Part shown: positions 15,316 through 25,728 of the stretch, piece by piece
Position numbering within the stretch: position 1 is the first letter of the stretch
Layout: the number at the start of each line of letters is the position of its first letter
NCBI GenBank assembly: GCA_964418775.1
Contig: CAYQNA010000004.1
Span: 14,230 to 78,229 of the forward strand
DNA length: 64,000 bases
Reading direction: 5' to 3'
DNA from: an uncultured Gammaproteobacteria bacterium
GTDB lineage: Bacteria; Patescibacteriota; Patescibacteriia; Magasanikbacterales; UBA922
Position numbers and translations under genes: made by a program
Notes under the pieces: generated by a model
Databases searched by the model: none
What the model saw: the letters and a program-made list of their open reading frames with translations, nothing else
Told to the model about the DNA's origin: nothing

Positions 15316-16809
15316 ATGGAATACCGGCAACATCGTGAACGGATTAGTGAATTTACCGACTCAGAATACCTGGGGAAAACTACCCAGGACATCTTGAAGC
15401 ACGCGTACTACGGGGCCGCATCTTTAGCAACTCTAGAGGAAAGTCAAAATAATCCAGGCGAAACCGAACGCTATGCTCGTACTTGGATTAGGATCGACAT
15501 TATGGCTTTATTTAATTATGGCTCAGGCAAAACAGGTTTAACGCTATGCACAGAAACCTGGTCCCAACCCGCCATCCAGGCAGGCTGGGAACAATTATTC
15601 AATGATGAGAAAATTCTCTATTCACCTCCCCTCACCCCCGAATTTGTCTGGGAAAATGTCACTCATAATTCTGAACTCCTGCAGCACTTCCCTGGTGATT
15701 TTGCGGAACAACTGCTTAGGGCCCACGTTGATCACATGAATAAACTGCAGGGGGAGTTTGAGGTCAATGAACTACCCACAATAATGACCGAGGTGGACGA
15801 AAAAATAATTCGCGCGATTAATAATCAGATTCTACCCATCACGATTGATCAATGGCAACACATTAAAGATAACACCAAGATCATTGTAATGGATACAATT
15901 AAAGGCGAAGAGATTGGGGGTAATGCCAATGGACCGGTAATCTCAATTACTTCGCAAGCATCTTTAGCCGAAAAGACTCATATTGCAATTCACGAATTTA
16001 TCCACCGTCTGAATGGCAGTATCATCAAAAAGACCACGACCACTGGCACCCCCAAATACGGTGACCCAGAAACAGACATTGATTATAACAATGTTCGCAG
16101 CGGATTATTGTTTACGACCCCATTCTATCGAACACCCAAACGGCAATGGATTAATGAGGCTGTTACCGAAGATACGGCTTTAGCAGTCGACAACCAAGAA
16201 TACAGTGAGTACTACGAGGCTGAGCGCCAGTTACTTGAGCTTCTCGTACAATCACTTGGGCCTTCTAGCCGAGAATTGTTGCGCACAGTTTATTTTGAGG
16301 ACCCGGGAGTTGAAGCAGAGAAAAACCTCACAGAGTATCGCGCTTTAACCCGTTTGGTTTTGGAAAAACTAGGCCCCGGTTTTTTAAATAATTTGGAAAA
16401 ATTTATTCATGGCCAACGGGGCAATGATGGGACCACCGTGGATCCAAGTACAGCCGCAGAAATTGCCGCCAAAAAATGGCAAAAGTTGGGTCTACATTTT
16501 CCTGAGTATTTGACAGAGTGGTGCAGACAACAGGGGGAAATCACCCAACTAGCCCTAGGCCTGATTGAAAGCGTTAAAACAGAGAACCCCGAGGCGCTTA
16601 GTAAGCTCGATAAATATTCCTCCCCACATGCATACGAAGAGGTATGGAAGACATATTTTAAGGCAAAAATCCCAAAACCCTCACAGTACCTTACTGCCAC
16701 CCTACATGATTTAGTTATCAAAAAGCTAACTTACACAACAACCCGTGCAGCTTACCGTACGAAATTTGGTATTGAGCCCAAAGATCCGCTCACTGACTAT
16801 ATTGGGTAA
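15316..16809 (+). CDS. Hypothetical protein with gluzincin-type metallopeptidase motif
   Basis: HEFIH followed by WINEAVTE. Confidence 0.65.
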   Translation: MEYRQHRERISEFTDSEYLGKTTQDILKHAYYGAASLATLEESQNNPGETERYARTWIRIDIMALFNYGSGKTGLTLCTETWSQPAIQAGWEQLFNDEKILYSPPLTPEFVWENVTHNSELLQHFPGDFAEQLLRAHVDHMNKLQGEFEVNELPTIMTEVDEKIIRAINNQILPITIDQWQHIKDNTKIIVMDTIKGEEIGGNANGPVISITSQASLAEKTHIAIHEFIHRLNGSIIKKTTTTGTPKYGDPETDIDYNNVRSGLLFTTPFYRTPKRQWINEAVTEDTALAVDNQEYSEYYEAERQLLELLVQSLGPSSRELLRTVYFEDPGVEAEKNLTEYRALTRLVLEKLGPGFLNNLEKFIHGQRGNDGTTVDPSTAAEIAAKKWQKLGLHFPEYLTEWCRQQGEITQLALGLIESVKTENPEALSKLDKYSSPHAYEEVWKTYFKAKIPKPSQYLTATLHDLVIKKLTYTTTRAAYRTKFGIEPKDPLTDYIG

Positions 16810-16828
16810 ACAAGATGATCTAACTAAC

Positions 16829-17728
16829 TCAGCTTTTTGGCTTATTTTTAGCTTTTTCAGCCGCGTATTCTTCCTTAACTTCTTGCCAAAACAACCGAGC
16901 GCGCTGCTCGTTTTGCCCCACTCCAAACCGACGCAACATTGACACCTGGACTGGAGTTAAGGCAATTCCCGCATCCTGCAAATCAAAATACCCCCGGTCA
17001 TTGGTATCATAAAATGGATTTCGGGGATCACGCTGTGCCTCGGCCAACAAGTCTGGATTCTGCTGGTAGTACTCGTTTAACGCTGCCTCGGTATTCCCTT
17101 GTGTTTGCAGCTCTGCCCATGCGCCTGGCGGCAAATATTCAATTACTGATTTGGCTTCGACCACAGGCACATCCACATACCCCAAGTTCCAGGCCACAAA
17201 TTCGTTTACTAAAAATTCCTGGGCTGCCGGGGCACCATCTTCGCGATTTATTGTTTGATACAAAGTTTCGTACGTTGGATCGACTGCAAACAACCAGTTC
17301 GCAATTTTTTCTTCACCGTGCGCCTGAATAAGCGCGGTCGTTAATTCACTTTTTTCTTGGTTGTCAAAAAAATCCCACTGCTGATGTGTTAATTCGTGCG
17401 CAATTTTACGGACCACCGTTGATTCTTTTCCCTGCAATGAATGTTCGTAATACGCCATTACCCCAAATTCAGGCGCATCAGGTTTCTTGCGCCCATCACG
17501 AGAATGTGTGTTTACATACGAAAAACCATCGCCCGCCTGATTTCGGTACTCGATCACCGGCAATCCAAGCGCCTCCACTTCACGGCGCTCCTGGTGTGAT
17601 TCTGGCTCCGAGTCAGTGTAATACGACTCAGTCTCTGTTTTGTCACTGTGCTCAGCGCGCGCCTCGCGCCCACCCATCATCATTCCGGCCACAAACGCCA
17701 AGCCACTGCGCCAAAATTCACGGGGCAT
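16829..17728 (-). CDS. Putative secreted protein with HExxH motif
   Basis: Signal-like N-terminus ending ARA; HELTH followed by NEFVA. Confidence 0.55.
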   Translation of the reverse strand: MPREFWRSGLAFVAGMMMGGREARAEHSDKTETESYYTDSEPESHQERREVEALGLPVIEYRNQAGDGFSYVNTHSRDGRKKPDAPEFGVMAYYEHSLQGKESTVVRKIAHELTHQQWDFFDNQEKSELTTALIQAHGEEKIANWLFAVDPTYETLYQTINREDGAPAAQEFLVNEFVAWNLGYVDVPVVEAKSVIEYLPPGAWAELQTQGNTEAALNEYYQQNPDLLAEAQRDPRNPFYDTNDRGYFDLQDAGIALTPVQVSMLRRFGVGQNEQRARLFWQEVKEEYAAEKAKNKPKS

Positions 17729-17731
17729 ATT

Positions 17732-18448
17732 TTATTTTGACACTTCGACTTCGGCCGCAGCGTTAAGTTCGATTCCCGGGAACTGAGTTTTTAAGTCTGC
17801 TAATTTTTTTTGCAAACCCTGTTGAACATACCGCGCTTCGGCACTATCTGCCATACCAGCCTGGCGAAAACCGCGTAAAGTGCGCAACATACTATCGGCT
17901 GTAGTTAGCTGCAAATTGACTCGTTCACGCATTAGGTTAAGTTGGGCTGGATTAGAGACTTTTTCCGTTAACCAATCTGGAAAACCACTAACCTCGCCAA
18001 AAGCCATTGTAGTCGCGCCTGATTCAGCACTTGAGTTAAACTCCGCGGTCCATTCTGTTTTATCACCAGTAGTTTCGGAATACAATTTTGACTGTGTTAG
18101 CACTTCGTCACCAGGCTGTCCTGGGGTTGGATCTTCCAGTAGGACTATTTTGGTGGCTACGGTGTCTACGTTTACACCCTCTGTCGATTCTTGTTCGTGT
18201 TTTTGGAGAACAGCCACCCGACCACCTTCGAAATTTTTATCAATCTTCTCTACCCCCGCAGTTGCTTCGGCCGATGGCGGCGCAGCCTCGGCCCGACCAG
18301 CAGCAGACAAACCAATGGTTAAAACTAAGGTTGCCCAAACACCCTGTGCCCGTTCACGTAACGCCGACAATAACGATGGTTCTTCGGCACCGGATTCTGG
18401 TCGCGCCTTAAAATTACGTGCTTCTTCGGGGATAAATTGTTCAGACAT
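17732..18448 (-). CDS. Hypothetical exported protein
   Basis: Hydrophobic segment ending in an AEA cleavage-like site; ends 3 nt before the next gene starts. Confidence 0.55.
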   Translation of the reverse strand: MSEQFIPEEARNFKARPESGAEEPSLLSALRERAQGVWATLVLTIGLSAAGRAEAAPPSAEATAGVEKIDKNFEGGRVAVLQKHEQESTEGVNVDTVATKIVLLEDPTPGQPGDEVLTQSKLYSETTGDKTEWTAEFNSSAESGATTMAFGEVSGFPDWLTEKVSNPAQLNLMRERVNLQLTTADSMLRTLRGFRQAGMADSAEARYVQQGLQKKLADLKTQFPGIELNAAAEVEVSK

Positions 18449-18506
18449 ATTTAACTTTTAAGAATACTCATAAACTGTAGCAAGTGTGATTATTGCTGTC
18501 AACAAA

Positions 18507-19370
18507 TTAAAGCTGGCATTTTGGGCAAAAATGGGTGCCCCGACCAGCCAAGGTGACCTTTTTAATTGGGGTTTGGCAACGGCGGCATGGCTCCCCTTTT
18601 TTACCATACACCTCCAGAAATTTCAGAAACCCACCCTTTTGGCCATGACCATCAACAAAGTGATTAAAGGTTGTACCCCGATGTTTAACGCCAAGTTCAA
18701 TCACATCATGACACGCCTGCCACAATTTTTTTAATTCTTTTTCTGTTAACGTATTAACGCGCCGCCCAGGCTGAATTTTGGCGCGCCACAACGCCTCGTC
18801 CACATAAATATTACCCATGCCCGAAATTACCGCTTGATTCAACAACACAGCTTTAATATTTGTTTTACGGCCCGCGAGCGCTTTTTTAAAATTGGACCAA
18901 GTAAAATTGTCTGTCAGCGGCTCAATTCCATAGCCGCTTTTAATTTTCTCTAATTCGGCGCGGCTCGCTAATTTCAAATATCCAAACAAACGCAAGTCAT
19001 TAAAAAATAAGTGCGCTCCGTTTTTAAATGTAATGATTAAACGTGTGTGTTTATTTGGTAATTCAGCGTCTTGCTTGGACAATGAGTGTCCGCCAGCCAA
19101 AACCGTTTTGCCTGACTGATAAATCATTTGCCCAGTCATTTTTAAATGCACCAAAATGACCTCATCAATTCCGTTCAATTCAATAATGAGCAATTTGCCG
19201 ATACGCGCAATTGCTTTGACTGAATCACCGTGCAATTTTTTGGTTAATTGCGCTGCACTCAAAGGCCGAATTGTTTTGGAATGCAAAACCTCCACACTAG
19301 TAATGGGGAGGTTTAGTAGCGCTCGCTCCAAATCGCGGCGCACGGTTTCGACTTCGGGTAATTCTGGCAT
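18507..19370 (-). CDS. mutM: Formamidopyrimidine-DNA glycosylase
   Basis: MPELPEVETV, HLKMTG, GMGNIYVDE, C-terminal zinc finger CRRC...CPKCQ. Confidence 0.97.
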   Translation of the reverse strand: MPELPEVETVRRDLERALLNLPITSVEVLHSKTIRPLSAAQLTKKLHGDSVKAIARIGKLLIIELNGIDEVILVHLKMTGQMIYQSGKTVLAGGHSLSKQDAELPNKHTRLIITFKNGAHLFFNDLRLFGYLKLASRAELEKIKSGYGIEPLTDNFTWSNFKKALAGRKTNIKAVLLNQAVISGMGNIYVDEALWRAKIQPGRRVNTLTEKELKKLWQACHDVIELGVKHRGTTFNHFVDGHGQKGGFLKFLEVYGKKGEPCRRCQTPIKKVTLAGRGTHFCPKCQL

Positions 19371-19372
19371 TT

Positions 19373-19600
19373 TTACATTTTATTGCCTGGCATGCGACAA
19401 GCTTTGCAACGGCCGCCAAAGAGCATGAAAAAGGCGGACAAACCAACGAGTGCGTACACGACGCGTTCGACCATTGGCCAACTACTAAACAAATAGCTCA
19501 CCAAATTAAAATCGAAAAATCCAACAAGGCCCCAGTTAAGGGCGCCGACCCAGACCAACACCCACGCGATTTTGTGTCCAACACACATTGATTTCATCAT
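19373..19600 (-). CDS. DUF378 family small membrane protein
   Basis: VGALNWGLVG...VYALVGLSA. Confidence 0.88.
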   Translation of the reverse strand: MMKSMCVGHKIAWVLVWVGALNWGLVGFFDFNLVSYLFSSWPMVERVVYALVGLSAFFMLFGGRCKACRMPGNKM

Positions 19601-19684
19601 ACGACGAAATTAAAAATAAAACGCTTGTGGCATGTACAGGGTTCGTGTACTATTGAAGTATACACATTTAAGACCAAAACGCCT

Positions 19685-20149
19685 ATGGAACTTATCCACT
19701 CCCCAGCGCCGGAATTTAGCCTCCAAGACCAGGCCGGCCAAACGCATTCTTTGGCTCAATATAAGGGGCAAACCGTGCTGTTATACTTTTATCCAAAAGA
19801 TGACACGCCAGGTTGCACAACTGAGGCCTGTTCGTTCCGCGACCGTTTGAGCGAACTTACCGACGCGGGTGTAGTTGTGCTTGGTGTAAGTGGCGATGAC
19901 GTGAAATCGCACGACAAATTTGCCAAAAAATTCAGCCTCAACTTCCCTATTCTCGCCGACACTGCCCACGCGGTTGGCCTGGCCTATGGCGTGTATGGCG
20001 GAAAATCAATGTTTGGCAAAGTTTTCGATGGCTACCGCCGCGAATCATTCCTCATCAACAAAGATGGCATAATCGTGAAGCATTACCCAGCCGTCAAACC
20101 CGAAGAACACGTGGCCGAGGTTTTGACAGATCTAAAATCCCTCGCCTAA
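19685..20149 (+). CDS. bcp: Peroxiredoxin Bcp
   Basis: YFYPKDDTPGCTTEACSFRD. Confidence 0.95.
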   Translation: MELIHSPAPEFSLQDQAGQTHSLAQYKGQTVLLYFYPKDDTPGCTTEACSFRDRLSELTDAGVVVLGVSGDDVKSHDKFAKKFSLNFPILADTAHAVGLAYGVYGGKSMFGKVFDGYRRESFLINKDGIIVKHYPAVKPEEHVAEVLTDLKSLA

Positions 20150-21054
20150 TTAATTGTTTGAATCGCAAAGTACTCTGCGAATTTTTGTGGGAAGTCACGT
20201 AATTGACGCATATCAACCACGAGGTTGTGGCCTGCAACCACGGACTTAAATTTTCCGTCCATATAATTGATTCCGCCCAAGCCGGGGTTGCCTAACCCAC
20301 CGCCATATCCCACACTGCACCGCACTGGCACGGGCTTACCAAAAGCAATCGTCTTTCTACTCTTGTGACCATCCAAAGCAGTTTGTTCAATTGAAATACC
20401 AGTAGCATTTACCAACGGCGGTTTTTCCCATAACTGATCAGGATTGTCTGCCTTAAAATCTTCACAGTCAGCATCGACTACGAGCGTAGCTGTATATTCG
20501 GCTTGCAAAGATTGAGCGACGTAGGTGCGCACTGTTAAAGTACCGTCAAACGTGCTCTGTTTAGCATAAAACTTGGGCTGCCAGTCTTTGGTATTCACCG
20601 TGATATGTCGCGTTGTCCCAGCTTCACAGGGCGATTCATCTTGAGTAATAACAACCTCATCAGACATGGCGGTTGGTTCCCACGATGCACTGCCGCAAGG
20701 ACCAGGATTGAATTCTTCTTGCACCGTAAAGTAGGGGCCGCTTTTATCAATGCGCCAAACAACCAACGAAGTCGCTGTATCCATGTACTCCGGATTTGCC
20801 TGTCTAATACCAAGCCAAACAGTGCCAGTAGTTTCATAAAGCCCATCAGGACTATATTGACCCATGATAGTGGCAAAATAGTTGTTGATTGTTGATGAAA
20901 CAGGGGTAGTGTCTGTGGTGGATGGTTCGACTTTTTTTACACTGTTTTCGCGCGTAGCCAATGAATTATGCAAAACTGACAAGCTACCGACAACTACAAA
21001 CAAAGCGCCGCCAATAATCACACCCAACAAAATTTGCAGCAAAGATTTTTTCAT
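20146..21054 (-). CDS. Hypothetical membrane-anchored extracellular protein
   Basis: MKKSLL followed by a TM segment, S/T-rich linker and beta-rich domain with paired Cys. Confidence 0.6.
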   Translation of the reverse strand: MKKSLLQILLGVIIGGALFVVVGSLSVLHNSLATRENSVKKVEPSTTDTTPVSSTINNYFATIMGQYSPDGLYETTGTVWLGIRQANPEYMDTATSLVVWRIDKSGPYFTVQEEFNPGPCGSASWEPTAMSDEVVITQDESPCEAGTTRHITVNTKDWQPKFYAKQSTFDGTLTVRTYVAQSLQAEYTATLVVDADCEDFKADNPDQLWEKPPLVNATGISIEQTALDGHKSRKTIAFGKPVPVRCSVGYGGGLGNPGLGGINYMDGKFKSVVAGHNLVVDMRQLRDFPQKFAEYFAIQTIN

Positions 21055-21114
21055 ATGTGCCCAGTATACGCTTGGTGAAAATTTTTTACAAAAAAATCCC
21101 CGAAGGGATTGTTG

Positions 21115-21198
21115 TGGGTGGGGTGGGGATCGAACCCACGAAGGCACAAGGCCAGCAGATTTACAGTCTGCCCCATTTGACCGCTCTGGAACCCACCC
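21115..21198 (-). tRNA. tRNA-Tyr(GTA)
   Basis: GCAGA-CTGTAAA-TCTGC anticodon arm, long variable arm, GGGTGGG/CCCACCC acceptor. Confidence 0.95.
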
Positions 21199-21234
21199 GG
21201 GTTCGAAGTTGTAAAAACGTCCTGATGGACGTTG

Positions 21235-21307
21235 AGCCGCCTGACGGATTTGAACCGACGACCCACAGTTTACAAAACTGTTGCTCTACCAGCTGAGCTA
21301 AGGCGGC
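21235..21307 (-). tRNA. tRNA-Thr(TGT)
   Basis: ACAGT-TTTGTAA-ACTGT anticodon arm, GCCGCCT/AGGCGGC acceptor. Confidence 0.95.
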
Positions 21308-21314
21308 GTAAGGC

Positions 21315-22208
21315 TTAGCCCAGCGCGTCAATGCGTTCGCGGAAGGCTGCCAATTTGTGGTTTTCTGGATTTACGGCCCGGAGCTGGCGATAGCCCTCTT
21401 CGGCCAAATTTTTATCCTCCGCTAGTATACTCGCTTCAATAAAATTGTCAAGATATTTGGGATTCTGGGGCTCCAGGATAACGGCCTGTTGAATGGCCTC
21501 GAGCGCGGTTTCAGGCTGTTTTAATTGGGTCAAAAGGTCGGCCAGTTTGGCAAAACGCGAGGCCACATGGTCGTTGATCAGCACGGCCTGTTGATAATAT
21601 TCGACTGACGCATCGAGCTTGCCCTCGTGCTCAGCGATTTCAGCCAGGCGCAAGAGCGCACTGTCGTCGCGTGGGTCGAGGTAGAGCACAAAACGGTAGG
21701 TTTGTTTGGCTTCTTCAAATTGGTCTTGAGCAAAATACGCGCCCGCAAGTGCACGATAGGCGGTAACATTGCGTTCATCAAGACGGATGGCTGCAATTAA
21801 TTTCTTTTCGGCGTTATTCCAATCACGCGCTTCGGCCGCATTTAGGCCTTCTTGTAAAAGAGTACGAAGAACCTGTTCTTCTTCGGCCGTGAGCGGCTTA
21901 TTCAGACGGTGCTGGCTACCGTGCTCCAAAAGTTTATTCTCCACAGCCTGGAACGTTTGGCGAAACCGTAATTGAATAATACGCCAACGGCGACCAAGTG
22001 GTTTAAACCAGCCCGCTTGCTGTCCGCGGCGCTTAACCCCCTGCTCTTCGGCGCGTTTGCGCAGAAATTCGTCTTTTTTTTGACTCATTTTTTCTTCAGG
22101 CAAACCAGATGGATCAAGCACAGTGAGCTGCTCAAAATGACGCACAAACAAAAAACCAAGTACGCACAGGGCAATAAGCAACAAAAGCGCAGCAATGATC
22201 CACAACAT
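21315..22208 (-). CDS. Membrane-anchored TPR-repeat protein
   Basis: N-terminal TM; repeated A...LA..Y.....Y..A...P TPR pattern. Confidence 0.85.
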   Translation of the reverse strand: MLWIIAALLLLIALCVLGFLFVRHFEQLTVLDPSGLPEEKMSQKKDEFLRKRAEEQGVKRRGQQAGWFKPLGRRWRIIQLRFRQTFQAVENKLLEHGSQHRLNKPLTAEEEQVLRTLLQEGLNAAEARDWNNAEKKLIAAIRLDERNVTAYRALAGAYFAQDQFEEAKQTYRFVLYLDPRDDSALLRLAEIAEHEGKLDASVEYYQQAVLINDHVASRFAKLADLLTQLKQPETALEAIQQAVILEPQNPKYLDNFIEASILAEDKNLAEEGYRQLRAVNPENHKLAAFRERIDALG

Positions 22209-22209
22209 A

Positions 22210-22944
22210 TTAGGAAATAGCGTTAATCAATTCAGCCAGAGCATTGGCTTGGACTGAGTGTGTACCTACTAATACACCGGAAAGGCTGGTGCAATTCCAG
22301 TAGGAAGCTATATTTTGTGGCTGTACACTGCCTCCGTACAAAATTGGCGCGCTGCGCTGCCAGGTTTTTTGCAAATATAATTGGAGCCAACCAGCCACGT
22401 CTTCGGCATCGGCTGGTGTACATGGTGTGCCGCTACCAATCGCCCACACGGGTTCGTAGGCAATAATGAGCGGGGCGTCAGCAGGCCATTTTTCTTCTCC
22501 TAACACAGCGGTAAGTTGTTGCTGCAAACGATATTGACGCTTACCAGCAGCGGCATCGTCCGCAGTTTCGCCAATACACAAAATCGGCGTAAGGCCAGCG
22601 GCCCAGGCAGCGGCTAATTTTTTGGCCACACCATGGTCGCTCTCGTCAAGCACATGACGATGTTCCGAATGACCAATCAACACAAACTCGGCCCCTGCCT
22701 CGCGCAAAAATACCGCTGCTGTTTCGCCTGTATACGCACCCGGTGGTGCCCACGAAATATTTTGTGCGCCCAATTGCCACGTGGTCCCAGCGAGCAGCGA
22801 TTTAACTTCGCGGAACGACAAGGTGCTAGGAAAAACCGCTGCCGTCACTGTGTTCGGCACAGTCACGGCCGCAGTGGCACGCGCCAAGTCCGCACTTGCG
22901 TCTGGACTCAGGTACGCTTTCCAATTGGCAAAAAAATATTTCAT
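22210..22944 (-). CDS. tpiA: Triosephosphate isomerase
   Basis: ANWK, GAYTGE, IGHSE, AYEPVWAIG, LYGGSV. Confidence 0.96.
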   Translation of the reverse strand: MKYFFANWKAYLSPDASADLARATAAVTVPNTVTAAVFPSTLSFREVKSLLAGTTWQLGAQNISWAPPGAYTGETAAVFLREAGAEFVLIGHSEHRHVLDESDHGVAKKLAAAWAAGLTPILCIGETADDAAAGKRQYRLQQQLTAVLGEEKWPADAPLIIAYEPVWAIGSGTPCTPADAEDVAGWLQLYLQKTWQRSAPILYGGSVQPQNIASYWNCTSLSGVLVGTHSVQANALAELINAIS

Positions 22945-22945
22945 A

Positions 22946-24202
22946 CTAGAAGTTTACGGCTTCTGGTTTAATGTCACCGATAATGGCGAGGCGCATTTGG
23001 TTTGGGCGGAATAATTGCTTGGCGAGCGCCTGAATTTGTTTGGCCGTGACTTTATCAATCATGGCGAGACGTTCTTCGGGTGTGTAAATTTTGTCCATAA
23101 ACATGGCCTGACGTGCATACCAGTCAGCTTGACTGCTCGAGTCTTCGAGCGACAAAGTCAAAGCACCACGAATGTGAGTTTTTGCATCAGCGAGTTCTTG
23201 TGCACTCACTGGTTTGGTGGCTATTTTATTAAGTTCGTCTTTGATGCAAGCCAGGGCTTTGTTGATATTTTTTGCTTCAAGCCCGGCACGCACATACGCA
23301 TAGCCAGTATCGCGGAAACTGTCGATGCCACTGCGTACATTATACGCTAGGCCACGACGTTCGCGCACTTGAATAAACAAACGTGAACTCATGGAGCCGC
23401 CCAAAATTGTGTTCATGAGGGCAGCTACGGGTTGGCGCGCGTCTGTATGGTTAAACGCTGGAAAACCAAGCATCATTTGGGCCTGGTCAGTGACTTTGTG
23501 ACGAATGCGGAAGCGGTCGGCTTTGCTGGTGCCGCCAAATTCACCGGCTTTATATGTACCGAATTTTTGGGTACGACTTTTTTTGGCCCCAAAATATTTG
23601 GCCACCCGCTCGCGGGTGGCTTCGGTAATTTTTCCGGCCAAAATAATAGTCATGTTGGCTGGGTCATAGTGACTGTCGCGGAATTTAAGCACCTCGTCGC
23701 GTTTGTACGCATTGACGAGCGCGGGCGTGCCGCCAATATCCCAACCCAACGGTCCATCGAACATGACGCTTTCAAACAACGAATCAATGCTCATGACTGG
23801 ATTATCATTGTACATGCGTAGCTCTTCGCCAATCACATTTTTTTCGCGCTCCATTTCTTTGGCATCGAACTTTGAGTTGTACAGCATGTCAGCCAAAATA
23901 TCCACGAGCGTTTCGGTGTATTCGGCGTCGGCTTTGACATAATACCCAGTGTATTCTTTGCCAGTAAACGCGTTGTATTCGGCGCCCAAGCGGTCAATTT
24001 CGCGCGTGAGCGTGAGCGTGTTTTTGCGCTTCTCCGTCCCCTTGAACATCAGGTGTTCAATGTAGTGCGACACGCCGTTTAACTTGGCTGGCTCGTAGCG
24101 CGAACCAACCGGAAACATAATCATACCAGTCACCGACTGCGTGTCGGCTTGTGGTACCAAGATAACACGGGCTTTGTTGGGTAATTGGTATGATTCAAAC
24201 AT
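22946..24202 (-). CDS. M16 family (pitrilysin) zinc peptidase
   Basis: HYIEH (HxxEH), NAFT, SSRLF..VRERRGLAY. Confidence 0.93.
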   Translation of the reverse strand: MFESYQLPNKARVILVPQADTQSVTGMIMFPVGSRYEPAKLNGVSHYIEHLMFKGTEKRKNTLTLTREIDRLGAEYNAFTGKEYTGYYVKADAEYTETLVDILADMLYNSKFDAKEMEREKNVIGEELRMYNDNPVMSIDSLFESVMFDGPLGWDIGGTPALVNAYKRDEVLKFRDSHYDPANMTIILAGKITEATRERVAKYFGAKKSRTQKFGTYKAGEFGGTSKADRFRIRHKVTDQAQMMLGFPAFNHTDARQPVAALMNTILGGSMSSRLFIQVRERRGLAYNVRSGIDSFRDTGYAYVRAGLEAKNINKALACIKDELNKIATKPVSAQELADAKTHIRGALTLSLEDSSSQADWYARQAMFMDKIYTPEERLAMIDKVTAKQIQALAKQLFRPNQMRLAIIGDIKPEAVNF

Positions 24203-24208
24203 ATTTGC

Positions 24209-25579
24209 TTATGATAATTTATTGCGTAAATATTCCACCAGGTCGGCAATGGCCACGCGTTCTTGTGCCATTGTGTCGCGGTCGCGCACTGTCACGGCCT
24301 TGTCTTCGAGCGAGTCAAAGTCCATGGTCACGCAGAATGGTGTGCCGATTTCGTCCTGGCGACGGTAGCGTTTACCAATGCTTTGTGTTTCGTCGTACTC
24401 AATGTTCCAATGTTTGCGGAGCGTTGCCGCCAATTCTTGCGCTGGGCCCGATAATTCAGGCTTTTTCGACAATGGCAACACGGCCACTTTAATTGGCGCC
24501 AAATGTTTTGGGAACTTCATCACCACGCGCGCTTCGCTCTCCCCTTCTTCTGCCGTTGGCGCATCTTCCACATGGTAGGCCTCGAGCAAGCAAACCAAGA
24601 GCATGCGGTCAATCCCAAAGGTTGGTTCAATCACGTGTGGCAAAAACTTTTCGTTCGTTACCGGGTCAGTGTACTGCAAATCCTCGCCGCTCACCGCCTG
24701 GTGACGCGACAAATCAAAGTCAGTGCGGTACGCAATGCCATGCAATTCCTTGAGACCAAATGGGTATTTATATTCCACGTCCACAGTGCGCTTACTGTAG
24801 TGGGCGCGTTCGCCATCTTCGATCTCGTGCCACACCAAATTATTCATGTCGATTTGCATCACGTCTTGCCACCAGCGTTTAATTTCACTAAGCCACATTT
24901 CGAAAATCGGTTCCCAATCTTTGGGGTTAATGAAATATTCAAATTCACCAATTTCAAATTCGCGCGTGCGGAAAATAAAGTTTCCCGGGGTAATTTCGTT
25001 GCGGAAATTTTTACCAATCTGCGCAATGCCAAATGGCAAACGGCGACGCGTGGTTTGAGCCACGTTTTTAAAGTTCACAAACATCCCGGCCGCAGTTTCG
25101 GGGCGCAAATACGCGACCGACGAATCATCCTCGGTCGAACCAATAAAGGTTTTGAACATCAAGTTGAAATTCTTGGACGGCGCAAATTGACCACCACAAT
25201 TTGGACATGGTACCTCTTCGATGGTGATTGGCTTTTCTTTGTCATAGCCTGGTTCAGCACTACGGGCCTCCAGCAAATGGTCAGTGCGGAAGCGGTGGTG
25301 GCACTGTTTACATTCAGCCAGCGGGTCACTAAAGTTTTGCAAGTGGCCAGACGCTTCCCACACTTTTGGGTTCATGATAATCGCCGTGTCCATGGGCACC
25401 ATATCCGCGCGTTCTTGCACAAAAAATTTCCACCACGCGGCCTTGATGTTTTGCTTCAAAAGGTGGCCGAGTGGACCGTAGTCCCAGCTATTAGCCAAGC
25501 CCCCGTAGATTTCGGAGCCTGGAAAAATAAAACCGCGCCGTTTGGCGAGCGACAAAATGTCGTCCATTGATTTAGCCAT
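24209..25579 (-). CDS. glyS: Glycine--tRNA ligase, single-subunit (alpha2) type
   Basis: EIYGG...DYGPLG, YLRPETA, FRNEITP, VIEPTFG, IGKRYRRQDEIGTP. Confidence 0.96.
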   Translation of the reverse strand: MAKSMDDILSLAKRRGFIFPGSEIYGGLANSWDYGPLGHLLKQNIKAAWWKFFVQERADMVPMDTAIIMNPKVWEASGHLQNFSDPLAECKQCHHRFRTDHLLEARSAEPGYDKEKPITIEEVPCPNCGGQFAPSKNFNLMFKTFIGSTEDDSSVAYLRPETAAGMFVNFKNVAQTTRRRLPFGIAQIGKNFRNEITPGNFIFRTREFEIGEFEYFINPKDWEPIFEMWLSEIKRWWQDVMQIDMNNLVWHEIEDGERAHYSKRTVDVEYKYPFGLKELHGIAYRTDFDLSRHQAVSGEDLQYTDPVTNEKFLPHVIEPTFGIDRMLLVCLLEAYHVEDAPTAEEGESEARVVMKFPKHLAPIKVAVLPLSKKPELSGPAQELAATLRKHWNIEYDETQSIGKRYRRQDEIGTPFCVTMDFDSLEDKAVTVRDRDTMAQERVAIADLVEYLRNKLS

Positions 25580-25609
25580 ATGTAGTAATTATACTGTAAA
25601 ATTTGCATT

Positions 25610-25728
25610 AAAAAAAGACCGTTGACGGTCTTGGGTCCCAAATGGGAGGTTCCACCCAAGTTCTCCCGAAGGAGCACTTTAGTGCGTTGTCTGCCAGCTC
25701 CCAGGAGCCACCCTGTTCAGCACTAGCC
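25610..25728 (-). promoter_or_regulatory. T-box riboswitch (Gly) with short stem I
   Basis: Antiterminator CTTGGG-TGGAACC-TCCC/GGGA-CCCAAG; overlapping terminator AAGACCGT/ACGGTCTT plus T-run; stem III CTCC-TTCG-GGAG; GGC candidate specifier; promoter TTGACA-16-TATAGT at 25734-25761. Confidence 0.82.

Noticed and set aside
24503-25570. 355-aa plus-strand ORF, and similar long antisense ORFs over asnS, virB4 and ribosomal protein genes
   Set aside because: They are shadows of well-conserved minus-strand genes and carry no recognisable motifs.
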